This document shows positions 46,461 through 59,300 of a DNA stretch of 64,000 nt, piece after piece (position 1 is the first letter of the stretch; each line of letters begins with the position of its first letter). The notes beneath the pieces were generated by a model. That model was not told the DNA's origin. It made no database searches and saw nothing but the letters and a program-made list of their open reading frames with translations. The position numbers were made by a program, and so were the translations under genes. The stretch spans positions 186,001 to 250,000 of the forward strand of contig NIVC01000464.1 in the NCBI GenBank assembly GCA_002269645.1. The letters run 5' to 3'. This DNA comes from Macrostomum lignano. Lineage: Eukaryota.

Positions 46461-49400
46461 GGTTAATTAAGCTCAAAGTTTCCCTATTTGGTTCCTTCTG
46501 GTTGATTTTCGTTAGTTAAAATTGATCGATTGGTGAGTTCGAGTCCTGCCGGTTGAGTCCTGACTTCCCGCGCGCTCAGGGCCGCGGTTTTATTTATCCA
46601 GGAAAATTGAATTCGCGAAGGGATAAATCGGGTTCCTCCAAGGCAGCAATTTCGCTCTAGAGATTTCCCTATAAGAGCAACTCAATTGGTGCAGTGTCTC
46701 GAATTGAATTCTCGCTAATCCTGTTGCCGGGGACGAGAGCAGCTCAATGATTTCACTTCAAACTTTGCCAAAACCGCCTGGATGCTGCAGCAAGCTGGCC
46801 AGACACTCGAGAGCAATAAACAAAACTAAAGTGGTCTCAATTCTCCACACTAGCGCTGCTGTTGTTATACTGCAGAAGGCCTCGACTGCCAACTAAGTGT
46901 CCTTAAAGACACATTCCGAGGGGCTAGAGACACGAAACTCAAGCACAGCGGAGGATCTGTGCGCCTAGAAATGCCAGAGAATATTTTCTGAGAATGATGC
47001 TTCTAGACAGTCGAATCTCACGCAGACTCTGTTCTCACTCACTTGCTCACAACTCGTTGTCTAAAGAATTTTTTTGCTGCTCGGAAAGTGAGCATAAGAG
47101 CGTGTTGATGTATAATTAGGATTGCTTTTCTATTTTATGGCTGCGTGCCATTGGGGTTTTTTTTTCTTTCCTCGAACTGCACAGACAGCTAAAGAAGAAT
47201 GACTGACTTGGGGGTTCACCATCGTTTTTTTCTGTCTATCCAGCAGCCCCTCCTCCAGCCGCCATTGCCGTGTTTGGCTATTCTCGGGCAGCGAGGCCGA
47301 GGCTCTGGATGGTAAAAAAACCTTCGACCAATCTGCGACTGCCGCAAAAGCGCGTCTATGCAGCTCAGTGCAGGGCTGCCAACGCTACAGTACAGTCCAT
47401 ATTGGCCGCACATGCTGCGGCGGACGAAAATGGTAAACGCTAAAAATAGAATAGTATCCGAGTGTGTAATATCTTCAAGCCTTATTTCGGGCTTAGTACC
47501 ATATAAGCGTTTTTTATAAGTGTTGCGTCTGCATTGGTTGTTAAGTCTAAGTCTAAAAGTAGTCACATTAATTAATCCAAATTAATGTCTGCAGATTCGA
47601 AAGGATCACCTTTTCCATCTTCGTGTTTAAATAGTTTAGCATAGTTTAGCTCCATCGGGGATCCGTGTTACGGTACAGAACTGTATTGAGCTAAATAAAG
47701 TGAAGGGCCAGTCTTTCTCGAAAGCAACTTACGATCGGCCATAGACGTAAGTTGGGGAGGAAGTGCTTATGACTTTCACAGCCCCGAAACAGAAAATAAT
47801 TAAAATTTACATTTGCCTACTACAGATCATTTTTATTTGATATTAAAATGCATCGAATTTAAATAAAAGCAAACTATAACATTCCAGCACGACATTTAGA
47901 AACGGACGGATTCTACAACAACAATATGATTCGAGTTTCCATACTAATTTTTGGTCTTTTATTACTTGCATGCTTCACGCAGTTATAAATGCTCAAGCGT
48001 GCAAAGGCATGAAGGGAGCACATCAAATGTATTTAAAAGTGTACACCAATTGTAAGTTCAACAAGTGGGTTTTTGCCAAGCCAGACATGGGGATCGAGAG
48101 CCATACGATAAATATATAAGACAGAATTTTTTTGTGTTATTAATCAAGCCTATACCCCTCGACGTGTGACAAAATTTTGACGGTGGTCTCTATTTTTAGT
48201 AGTCTTACCGTACATCGACCTTAGACAACGCGGTTTTTGTACTCCTTTAAAAACTGGTAATCCTCGCTATAAACTGCCTCCCCCGGTTCTACAACAAGCA
48301 GGCAAATATAAACGTTCAATAAAAGGTCATTCTGTTAACCAGGTTTTTCGCGTCGTTTTCTGCTAACGAATGAATAGATTATAGTCTATTCTACTATGAA
48401 GCGATGCCAGTAGGCTTGATTCGTGTGACAATGAGCGAAATCACGAATGGCGTAGCTACCCTGGTATTAGTGCGTGCATCGTATCATTTTGGAGGGGTTT
48501 TTAGGGGTCCACCAGTGAAGCCAAATTGCTGCACGCTTCAAATGTCTATGGTCAAACCACACTGAGCGAAACACTTCAGCAAAAATCCAAGCAAGCCAGA
48601 ATCTCCACTCAGTCAATAGGCCTGCGAACAAAAGTGGATAGCAAGCATGTAGTACACCTCCTGTTGAAGAATGGATCATTTCGGTCTATTCGGTCCAGAA
48701 GGGATCACTTCGGTCAAAGTAGCGGCGTTGTTTTTTCAAATCCTCTGGGCCGTATGCAGAAAGCTCTGTCTAGGGTAGTCCGGTCTTGAAAAGCTAGTCT
48801 GGACTTGGATTTGGTATGCAGAAACACAAAGTTAGACCAGTCTACTATAGCAGAACTAGGGTAGCTGGACCATAGACTATAGACTGAACTACCCAAGTCC
48901 GGACTAGCTAGTCTGGACTAAGCTTTCTGCATACGGCCCTCTGTCTCCAAAGCACAGAACGGTTTCATGGAGCCACCTAACTTGATGAACATTGGTGCGG
49001 CGGCGGCTTTGAATTGAAGATTGGCCGTTTCGAAACGTTGATCCTCGATGATATTGATTCCACAGACACGAAGTAGATAGCGGAATAGGCCAGACTGGAT
49101 GTTGAATATCGGCTGTCGCTGGATCGCAGGGGTAGCTCTTGCTTGACAGAACCTCGAGAAACCTACGAAGCACCAATTTTATTGCACTAGAACAGACCGG
49201 CGCATTGTCCAATTGCATAAGATCCATTTCATTGATCTCAGCTGAGGAGCTTCAACTTCATCGGCGTCCAATTGAATGAGATCTTCAATCATGCATTGCA
49301 TTTCGGTTGTTGAATCCAAAATGAAAGCCATTTGCCTTTGGTCGCAGTCGCGCGTTGAGCCTAAGCTAGCTATGAACCTTCTGCTATTTGACTTACAACT

Positions 49401-50416
49401 TCATGTCTACACTTTCTATTTGGACCATAGATATTTCGAGCGTGCAAACTGATTGCTGCACGCTTTAAATACGAGCGTATCTATGGTCCAAACGCCTTGA
49501 AAATCATACAATATCGGTGAAGAACGGCTACTCGTGCACCAAATGTTTATGACCTTGGGCGCTGCGCGCCATCGGTCAAAACATGGGTGCACTTGTATCC
49601 GTTCTTTACTGTTACATTGCTAAACGCTGCCTCACAAATCAAAACCCCTTTAGACTGTGGATTTTTGGCCATAGACTATAATTTGAACAGCGAATTCAAT
49701 TTCGTGAATTTTCAGCGAATGAAAACCTGCCAACTGATTCTCTTAATGGACTAGTAACTTGCACCGAAATGGACTTCATTTCTCTGCCGAATGCAAAGGA
49801 CCACCGCGCAAATGACGGCAATCTTGATGCGTTTATTTGGTTCTTGGAAGATCCAACTAACGACGCCTTGTCGGTGCATGACATACAGCTGCCGGATCTA
49901 CCAGAGGATGCAACTCTGTCGGGTTGACCATCTTGATTAGCATTGAAATCGATTCGCTTCCCAAGGGTACACAAGAACAGATGCAGCAACATGCCAAGGC
50001 ATTCGTGGACATAATCAGAAGCCAAATTGAACTGTACCATCGCCTATGGTGAAAATTACAAACACAGCGTTAAGCAATGCATTCTCCACTGAAACAATCG
50101 TTAGTAGACTAACTCATAGTAACAGGGTCTGACATCCACAGTGCTGACCAAATCATGTGCAGCCTCGTGACAAAATTATGTTGTCAGAGAAGACAAATTC
50201 GTCATAGCAACACTGAAAGTAATGTGTGTAGATATTGGCGTCTACATTAGGATTTTTAATCAATTCATACCGATGGTAATATTTATTTTTTATCAAAATT
50301 GAACATTAGAACTCATGGTTATATACTAATAGTAGTTAATATCAAAAAAAATATTAACAAAATACGTATATATGCATCGTTAAGAACCGCTGCAGTTCTT
50401 CTTCTAGAAACTTTTT

Positions 50417-53204
50417 TTAGGAATCGCTTTCACTGTCGCTGTCCACGTGAAAGTCCGCATTTTTAAAGTACTCCGGGTCGATCTTGGCCAGCCGAACTCG
50501 CCACTCAGCTCGGCTGAGTGTCAGGCAGAACTCCCGAGCCGCCGCAGTCTGGCTCGCGTCAATCACTGGCAGGCCGCAGCAGTGTTTTGTATCGTCCAAC
50601 TGAGCGTAGAACCTCTCCAGCTTGCTGGGCAGAGGCGTGCGCGCTCGTCTGCGCCGATTGCTGCGACTTCTTTGCCGGCGCCGCAAACTGGCATCCTCAG
50701 TGGCGGCTGGCTGTTGCTGTTCCACATTGGCAAAGGTCTTGGCGCGTTCCAGCTCGACAGCTGCGACTGCTACAGCTGGGTCACTGCTGGAGGCTACAGT
50801 TGAAGGGTTGGCGGTCTGCTGGCGCCGGTGCTGCATCGGCGCCTCGATGATGCTGGCTGGCTCTGCTGGCGCCTCCGCAGCAGCAGAACTTGGTGGGGAA
50901 GATGGGCGAACCTCGACCGGTCTGTCCGGTCTGTGGTGCCCGCTTTTTGGCGCCGGGCCTAGGAACCTGCGGCAGCATTTTTAGATACTTGTGATGTATT
51001 GTGACAAATCAAGAACCATGCAAAAGTAAAGAAGCGCCATTTCAAAAAATAAGCGTTATGTAAAAAGACGTGTCTTGGGGAGAATTGCTGAGATGTCAAT
51101 TAGGCTTACGGGGGGATTGCTAAGATGTCAAGGCTTGTTGGGAGAATTGCTGAGATGTCAAGGCTTATGGGGAGAATTGCTGAGATGTCAAGGATTTCGG
51201 GAGAATTGCTGAGATGTCAAGGATTTCGGGAGAATTGCTGAGATGTCAAGGCTGAGGTCAGAAGGTACTCGTACAATGGTATAAAATAAATCATATATAC
51301 CTATAGTAGAAATTACGATCACAATGGAAACAATGAAAATATAATTTGATACTGTCCTAGTAAAATATTACTTCTTAACTAACAATCAGCGCCCCCGTTG
51401 TGGAGCGAACAAAGAATGAAATTAAAATTTTGAATAACCTACTCATAGCTCGCACAATCGGACAGAATCGTAAGGATCGCTTGGGACTTTTTAGTTGTTC
51501 TCATAAAAGAGTCTGAGAATGCCATGGTGCCAGTAATCTTGCCATTCGATTATCGTTGGTTTGAAAGTAATGACTCCATGGAGTCTGCTTTAAAATTATT
51601 CCCCAAAACCACTATAGCCGTTAGCGTCACAAACTGTGCTTGCTGTGTGTATTTGACTTTTAACCAACAGCGCAAGAGTCTAGATTGAAACGCCACAGTT
51701 TAATGTACAACTGAATTGGTTGTTCTAAGTTGCCACCTTTTGAGCTGTGGTAGAAATATGGGTAAGTATGAGAAAAATGGGTAAGTTGCTCGCGGAGGGA
51801 GGGATTGCAGAGAGATGCCAAAGGCTGATAGGCTACAAAGCTTGATGTCAGTATGTTTTCTCTGATTTTTTTGAAATCTATATATGTAAGAACAATAGCT
51901 GCGCTGAACAAAGGCATTTACAAATTTTTGAATCTTATTTTTTCATTTGTTGCTGAGCAATAAAAAAGATTTAGCTCAGGTCGGCAAACGCTTTATCTCA
52001 AAGGCCAGATACAAAATCTAGATCATTAAGAAGGGAATGAGAAGAGAGGAAAGAAGACAGAGGACAGAAGTGATCTGCCAAACCAATCGCAACGGGAGGC
52101 TGCGCGTCACCAGAAGAGCCTTCTCCCGACCGGGGATCCCGCCCGCAGGCTCCTGGAGAGCCAAGTCAGGCCCCGTCTCCGCTACAGGGCCCATGAAGTC
52201 ACCATCACCACGCGGCGCTCGGACTTTGGATCGCCTAGGATCAGAAATCTGGCGGTTCATCAAGCAACTGCCAGCCCACATCTGCCTTAACCTCCAGTGG
52301 GTACCCGGCCACGCGGGCATCCAAGGCAACGAGGACGCAGACCAGGCCGCCCACCAGGCGCTCGAAATAGATCAAGGCCCCGCGACTGCCAGAAGCGAAG
52401 CAGCGGCATGCGTCGCCACCAGGACCCTCCTGCGGACCTGGCGGAATACCCGCGAAAGGACTCATCCGCTCCGCAGCGACACTCCGGGACACGATGACCT
52501 GGACCGCTGGGGCCAGGTCATCAGACTCATCATTAGCCAGCTACGCACTCTCCGCACCTCGATCACCAGAGACTCGGCCTACCGCTTTGGCCTAGCCATG
52601 GATGATAGATGCCCAGCGTGCGGGGAACATGATAGCGCAGTTCACCTCCTCATCGACTGCTGGAACTATTAACCGATACGTAGCCAAATCTGGGGAGGTG
52701 GCTGAATCGGCATCGACGACATCTTCAGAGGAGACGCGAGCCTCATTTGCCGCTACCTTCGCAGTGTGGGCCGCACGGACCCGCCTATTGACGATCCTGG
52801 CGGACCGACGGCCCCTGCCCCATGCCCGCGGGCGAGGACAGGCGGGAGTGAAGCGAGAGAGAGAGAGAGGAGAGAGGATAGGTAAGGAGAGGACAGATGA
52901 GGAGAGAGAAAAGGAGAGGAGAGAGGAGAAGACAAACCCTGAGCGGACCGGATTTCTATTGTGAAGTTTTACTCGTAAAGGACCCGAGGTCGGATTCGGT
53001 TAGTTTTCTTTCTTACTTAATAGACAGCGCCTCGCGGTCGGAGGGGCGCTTTTTGACTGACTTCAGTAGCTTGACAGTTTCCGACTTCTGTTGCTCGATA
53101 TGCGCCAATCTGGACGCCTGTTGGCGGTAGAGTTCTTCGACCCGACTTCGATAAGCCGCATCTAGGCGACTGTTCAGGGCCTGCACATTCTTGCTAGAGG
53201 CCAT
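50417..53204 (-). CDS. Hypothetical 245-aa protein, 2 exons (53204-53017, 50966-50417); N-terminal coiled coil, low-complexity middle, short ordered-looking C-terminal block
   Basis: ATTAA|GTAAGA donor and CCGCAG|G acceptor join in phase 2 into one frame: MASSKNVQ...LSIK|FLGPAP...KLERFYAQLDDTKHCCGLP...IDPEYFKNADFHVDSDSESDS*. Confidence 0.7.
51075..51255. repeat. ~29-bp minisatellite (GGAGAATTGCTGAGATGTCAAGG...)
   Basis: About 6 visible copies. Confidence 0.85.
52070..52860 (+). mobile_element. 5'-truncated, decayed LINE (RNase H + CCHC) in an intron, antisense to the host gene
   Basis: LQWVPGHAGIQGNEDADQAA RNase H motif and CPACGEHDSAVHLLIDC knuckle, followed by in-frame TAA and TGA; ends in a (GA)n tract. 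Confidence 0.85.
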
Positions 53205-54433
53205 GTTAGGCGCTGTATTCGGTCAGGATTTACAGCACAAGGCGGAGCGCATCTCGTATTAAAAGCTGAGTAGATCGACAGCGCTGTGCGTTGCTTTTAT
53301 TTATATTGCTACAAATGTGAGGAACGGCAGACAGACGAGGGTCTTGAGTTGAATAATATGAGCATTTCAGCCCCCAGTAAAGTGTGCAACAGAAAAGGAG
53401 TTATAAATGAAACTGCGCATACAAGTGCTGCTCAGTCACAGTCTCTAGCTAAATTAATTTAATGGAAAAGTAGCGAGCAAGTGCCAGAGACTGTATACTC
53501 AGACCCATTACGAAGAGACAGCATTAAGACCATCAGTAGAGCTGGCATTTTCTTATAGAGAAAACGCGTTGTCATCTATCATACTGGTGGCTATACAGTC
53601 GTATAAAGGCACAAATGCATTGAGCACAGCGGTGGTTTAGGAGTTGCAGTTTTACACGAAGCAACACAATTACGACCTACATTCGATGAAGGGGTATATT
53701 AAAGCTAACCATTGCAGCTACTTAAGGTGCATTGTGCTTACATGAGCAAGCTCGACCCGAGCCGCTTATACAAAAAACTTTCGAGTTTCAATCCTTGAAT
53801 TGTAATGCTTGCAAAGGTAAACAAACTTCGACAAAGCAATAGTTGAGTTAACGTGGGGCTTCACTGGTTCCGTATAGAGTCCTTTGTCAGCTTATACTCG
53901 TAATAGATAACTATGTGCGCCTAGAATTCTTAATTGAACTTAGTGGAAAAACCATAAATACAATTCAAAAGCATCATAAACATGCTCAACATTAGTAAAA
54001 ACCTGAACGGCCCACCACATTCCTAACTAAAGCATTTACTGTACACTTTTAAAACTATACAGTTTACAGAGCATTAAAAAAGAGTAAAAACTGTCATCAT
54101 TTCTGATCTATTTTTTAGATAATTAAATTCTATGAACAGACCTGTACAGTCATTTTAAACAATTTATCTGTTTAAATTTGTTTAAAACAATATATTTGTT
54201 TGATTGGCAGACATATCAAAACAGGTCAGAAAACATATGAAAACTTCAAAGCTAGGTAAGTTTCATTTTTATATAATAATAATATGGTTACTAGCTCGAA
54301 AAGTTCTATGCAAAACGCACAGTTAACTAGACATGTTTCGAAAAATTAACACTTCCATTTTTCATACAGCATGTCAACACGTGTCCAAAGTGGGTAACAC
54401 TTGTGTGCCTTACAATTAATAAACTAGCCAATG

Positions 54434-56210
54434 TCACGCAATGGAATCCTTGCGATACATGAGCACTACACACACATCCGGTGGCAGCTCGCCCTCATCC
54501 AGGTAGTCGGACAGTTTAACCTTTTCCCAAGCGAGAAAATCTCCAACGCGATCCAGAAACTCGGACCATACGTCCGGATTTCGATCTTCGTAGGCATGCA
54601 GAATCAACGGCGACTGGCCCTCCTTGCAGAATATATCTCGCAAGCTGCCACTGAGCAATTCCACGTACTCAAATTGGTATAGACAGTCCGACATAACCAG
54701 CAGGTGGACGGGAAAATGATGCAGCGGCGGAGGCTGGCCCCAAACGTAGACATCGGCTACAACTGAACAATTGTCCAGCATGTGCGCATTCTGGGCCAGG
54801 TTCACGGCCAGCTGGGGTATCACGCCGGGCAGGTCTGTGAGAATCGACTGCAGATTAGACCAAATGGAAATACAATACCGTCAGACATGAAATCAATTAT
54901 AAAACATATTGTAATAATTGAAAGCATATCTGATTCGTCACTTACGACAAAACTTCCGAAATATAATGGTGTTGATAATTAACTGCAGACAATTTTAGTT
55001 GGGGGTTAAGGTAGGGCTTAGGAATTAGGGTTTAGGTTTGTGTCTAGAAATTAGGAGTTTTGGATAAGATTTAGGTTAGGTTTAGGTTAAGGTGAGGCTC
55101 GGCAGTCAATAGTTATAGATGCCCAATAAATGATATAGATAGAACAGTGATTTTCATTAATGAAGCCAACCAAACTAGACTTATTGGGTTTTTTCTACCG
55201 TATTTCACCCGAAGGTCAAGAACATTATTAGTCTGTGTGTATGGGCTCTGACTGATGGATTTCACACCCATTGTTAGCCTGGTAGAAGATCGTTGAATAC
55301 CCTTGAACCTCAAGCAACAAAATGCAGAGCTTAAACATGTAGTCAGCTCTGCCAATATATAGCAAATGGAGATTGACAGTGAGATGAAAAATCATAACTG
55401 CTCATTGCATTAAAATGTACAGCATCTATCAGATTAACTGTACACTATACTGTTTGACAGATCTTTTTTAAACTCGGATTATATCTGATGCTTTTTTAAT
55501 CGATGCCGGGGGGGGGCGGTGTGCACCCTGGCGCACTTTAAGCGACATTGTCACACAACCGGCGAGAGGCATTGCTGCCCATTCCGCAGACTCCCCTGAG
55601 CAGGCGCACAAGCGCGCGGATACGTACGCAGTCATACGCACAGGCACACACTCACACAGGAGTGTACAGCGGCCCTAACTTTATTTATCGTTGGGCATGA
55701 AAAATTCACTGTGCCTTGGGGGTTGAGTTTCAAGGCCGTTAATTGCACGAGCAGAGCCAAGCCGAGATTCCAGTTCAGCCCCAAAATAATGTGACTGCAC
55801 TTGGAATCGAGCCTGGGCCGCCGACACATCAGAGCGACGCGCTGGACCACTAGGTTACACCCTTCACATATTAGATGGTTGTATCTCGTTTTACTGTTAA
55901 CAACAGAGAAAAGAATAGTTAATTATACAAATAGAAATACCTTGCAGCCAAGCATAGCCAATTGCATGCCAACTAATCCAGTGCCGCTGCCCAGCTCCAG
56001 CGCCGTCATGCTGCTGAAACTCTCGCTGCCCGGCTGCGGCACCGCTCTGGCCATCACGGCGGCCCGAATGCGGTCGGTGAATTCGGGCACAAGCAGCAGC
56101 CGGCTGAGCACCAGGCCGCAGTCCCAGGCCACGCCGCCAATGCCAGAGGACAGGCCAGTCTGCGACAGAGTCAGACTGTAGCCATCGACTGTTTCAATCA
56201 ACAGATCCAT
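54434..56210 (-). CDS. METTL21: METTL21-family protein-lysine methyltransferase, 2 exons (56210-55941, 54847-54434), 227 aa
   Basis: GIGGVAWDCGLVL, motif I LELGSGTGLVG, post-I ILTDLP, motif II (MSDCLY, cf. DxxY). AAG|GTATTT donor and CTGCAG acceptor in phase 0. Confidence 0.85.
55505..55855 (-). mobile_element. SINE family 2 copy in the METTL21 intron
   Basis: TAGTGGTCCAGCGCG A-box, GGCTCGATTCC B-box, matches the other copies. Confidence 0.8.
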
Positions 56211-56380
56211 TATTCAATTAAAGCGTCTCAGGTTGCTGCTGGTCAAGTAGCCTAGAACTGTTTAAGCCTACGATGCTGCTGCATGACTAGGAGTCTGCAT
56301 GAATTTATTGAACTCGTTATTAGTAGATGCGTACAGTATTGGCGCGTTTGCATGTGCCCAGGAGTCAATGGAATGGTGTA

Positions 56381-59300
56381 CCCTTGAAATGATGCACCTG
56401 ATATCTACCTGATGCAGCCCTGCTCATATTATACTGTTCTGTAATTTGCGTAACCCATCAAGCTGTGTCAACCCTTGAAATGATGCACCTGATATCTACC
56501 TGATGCAGCCCTGCTCATATTATACTGTTCTGTAATCTGCGTAACCCATCAAGCTGTGTACAACCCTTGAAATGATGCACCTGATATCTACCTGATGCAG
56601 CCCTGCTCATATTATACTGTTCTGTAATCTGCGTAACCCATCAAGCTGTGCCAACCCTTGAAATGATGCACCTGATATCTACCTGATGCAGCCCTGCTCA
56701 TATTATACTGTTCTGTAATCTGCGTAACCCATCAAGCTGTGTCAACCCTTGAAATGATGCACCTGATATCTACCTGATGCAGCCCTGCTCATATTATACT
56801 GTTCTGTAATCTGCGTAACCCATCAAGCTGTGTCAACCCTTGAAATGATGCACCTGATATCTACCTGATGCAGCCCTGCTCATATTATACTGTTCTGTAA
56901 TCTGCGTAACCCATCAAGCTGTGTCAACCCTTGAAATGATGCACCTGATATCTACCTGATGCAGCCCTGCTCATATTATACTGTTCTGTAATCTGCGTAA
57001 CCCATCAAGCTGTGTCAACCCTTGAAATGATGCACCTGATATCTACCTGATGCAGCCCTGCTCATATTATACTGTTCTGTAATCTGCGTAACCCATCAAG
57101 CTGTGTCAACCCTTGAAATGATGCACCTGATATCTACCTGATGCAGCCCTGCTCATATTATACTGTTCTGTAATCTGCGTAACCCATCAAGCTGTGTCAA
57201 CCCTTGAAATGATGCACCTGATATCTACCTGATGCAGCCCTGCTCATATTATACTGTTCTGTAATCTGCGTAACCCATCAAGCTGTGTCAACCCTTGAAA
57301 TGATGCACCTGATATCTACCTGATGCAGCCCTGCTCATATTATACTGTTCTGTAATCTGCGTAACCCATCAAGCTGCGTCAACCGTTGAAATGATGCACC
57401 TGATATCTACCTGATGCAGCCCTGCTCATATTATACTGTTCTGTAATCTGCGTAACCCATCAAGCTGTGTCAACCCTTGAAATGATGCACCTGATATCTA
57501 CCTGATGCAGCCCTGCTCATATTATACTGTTCTGTAATCTGCGTAACCCATCAAGCTGTGTCAACCCTTGAAATGATGCACCTGATATCTACCTGATGCA
57601 GCCCTGCTCATATTATACTGTTCTGTAATCTGCGTAACCCATCAAGCTGTGTCAACCCTTGAAATGATGCACCTGATATCTACCTGATGCAGCCCTGCTC
57701 ATATTATACTGTTCTGTAATCTGCGTAACCCATCAAGCTGTGTCAACCCTTGAAATGATGCACCTGATATCTACCTGATGCAGCCCTGCTCATATTATAC
57801 TGTTCTGTAATCTGCGTAACCCATCAAGCTGTGTCAACCCTTGAAATGATGCACCTGATATCTACCTGATGCAGCCCTGCTCATATTATACTGTTCTGTA
57901 ATCTGCGTAACCCATCAAGCTGTGTCAACCCTTGAAATGATGCACCTGATATCTACCTGATGCAGCCCTGCTCATATTATACTGTTCTGTAATCTGCGTA
58001 ACCCATCAAGCTGTGTCAACCCTTGAAATGATGCACCTGATATCTACCTGATGCAGCCCTGCTCATATTATACTGTTCTGTAATCTGCGTAACCCATCAA
58101 GCTGTGTCAACCCTTGAAATGATGCACCTGATATCTACCTGATGCAGCCCTGCTCATATTATACTGTTCTGTAATCTGCGTAACCCATCAAGCTGTGTCA
58201 ACCCTTGAAATGATGCACCTGATATCTACCTGATGCAGCCCTGCTCATATTATACTGTTCTGTAATCTGCGTAACCCATCAAGCTGTGTCAACCCTTGAA
58301 ATGATGCACCTGATATCTACCTGATGCAGCCCTGCTCATATTATACTGTTCTGTAATCTGCGTAACCCATCAAGCTGTGTCAACCCTTGAAATGATGCAC
58401 CTGATATCTACCTGATGCAGCCCTGCTCATATTATACTGTTCTGTAATCTGCGTAACCCATCAAGCTGTGTCAACCCTTGAAATGATGCACCTGATATCT
58501 ACCTGATGCAGCCCTGCTCATATTATACTGTTCTGTAATCTGCGTAACCCATCAAGCTGTGTCAACCCTTGAAATGATGCACCTGATATCTACCTGATGC
58601 AGCCCTGCTCATATTATACTGTTCTGTAATCTGCGTAACCCATCAAGCTGTGTCAACCCTTGAAATGATGCACCTGATATCTACCTGATGCAGCCCTGCT
58701 CATATTATACTGTTCTGTAATCTGCGTAACCCATCAAGCTGTGTCAACCCTTGAAATGATGCACCTGATATCTACCTGATGCAGCCCTGCTCATATTATA
58801 CTGTTCTGTAATCTGCGTAACCCATCAAGCTGTGCCAACCCTTGAAATGGTGCACCTGATATCTACCTGATGCAGCCCTGCTCATATTATACTGTTCTGT
58901 AATCTGCGTAACCCATCAAGCTGTGTCAACCCTTGAAATGATGCACCTGATATCTACCTGATGCAGCCCTGCTCATATTATACTGTTCTATAATCTGCGT
59001 AACCCATCAAGCTGTGTCAACCCTTGAAATGATGCACCTGATATCTACCTGATGCAGCCCTGCTCATATTATACTGTTCTGTAATCTGCGTAACCCATCA
59101 AGCTGTGTCAACCCTTGAAATGATGCACCTGATATCTACCTGATGCAGCCCTGCTCATATTATACTGTTCTGTAATCTGCGTAACCCATCAAGCTGTGTC
59201 AACCCTTGAAATGATGCACCTGATATCTACCTGATGCAGCCCTGCTCATATTATACTGTTCTGTAATCTGCGTAACCCATCAAGCTGTGTCAACCCTTGA

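Noticed and set aside
46500-50100. Short ORFs between the fibrillin-like gene and the 245-aa gene
   Set aside because: No recognisable domain; probably decayed repeats
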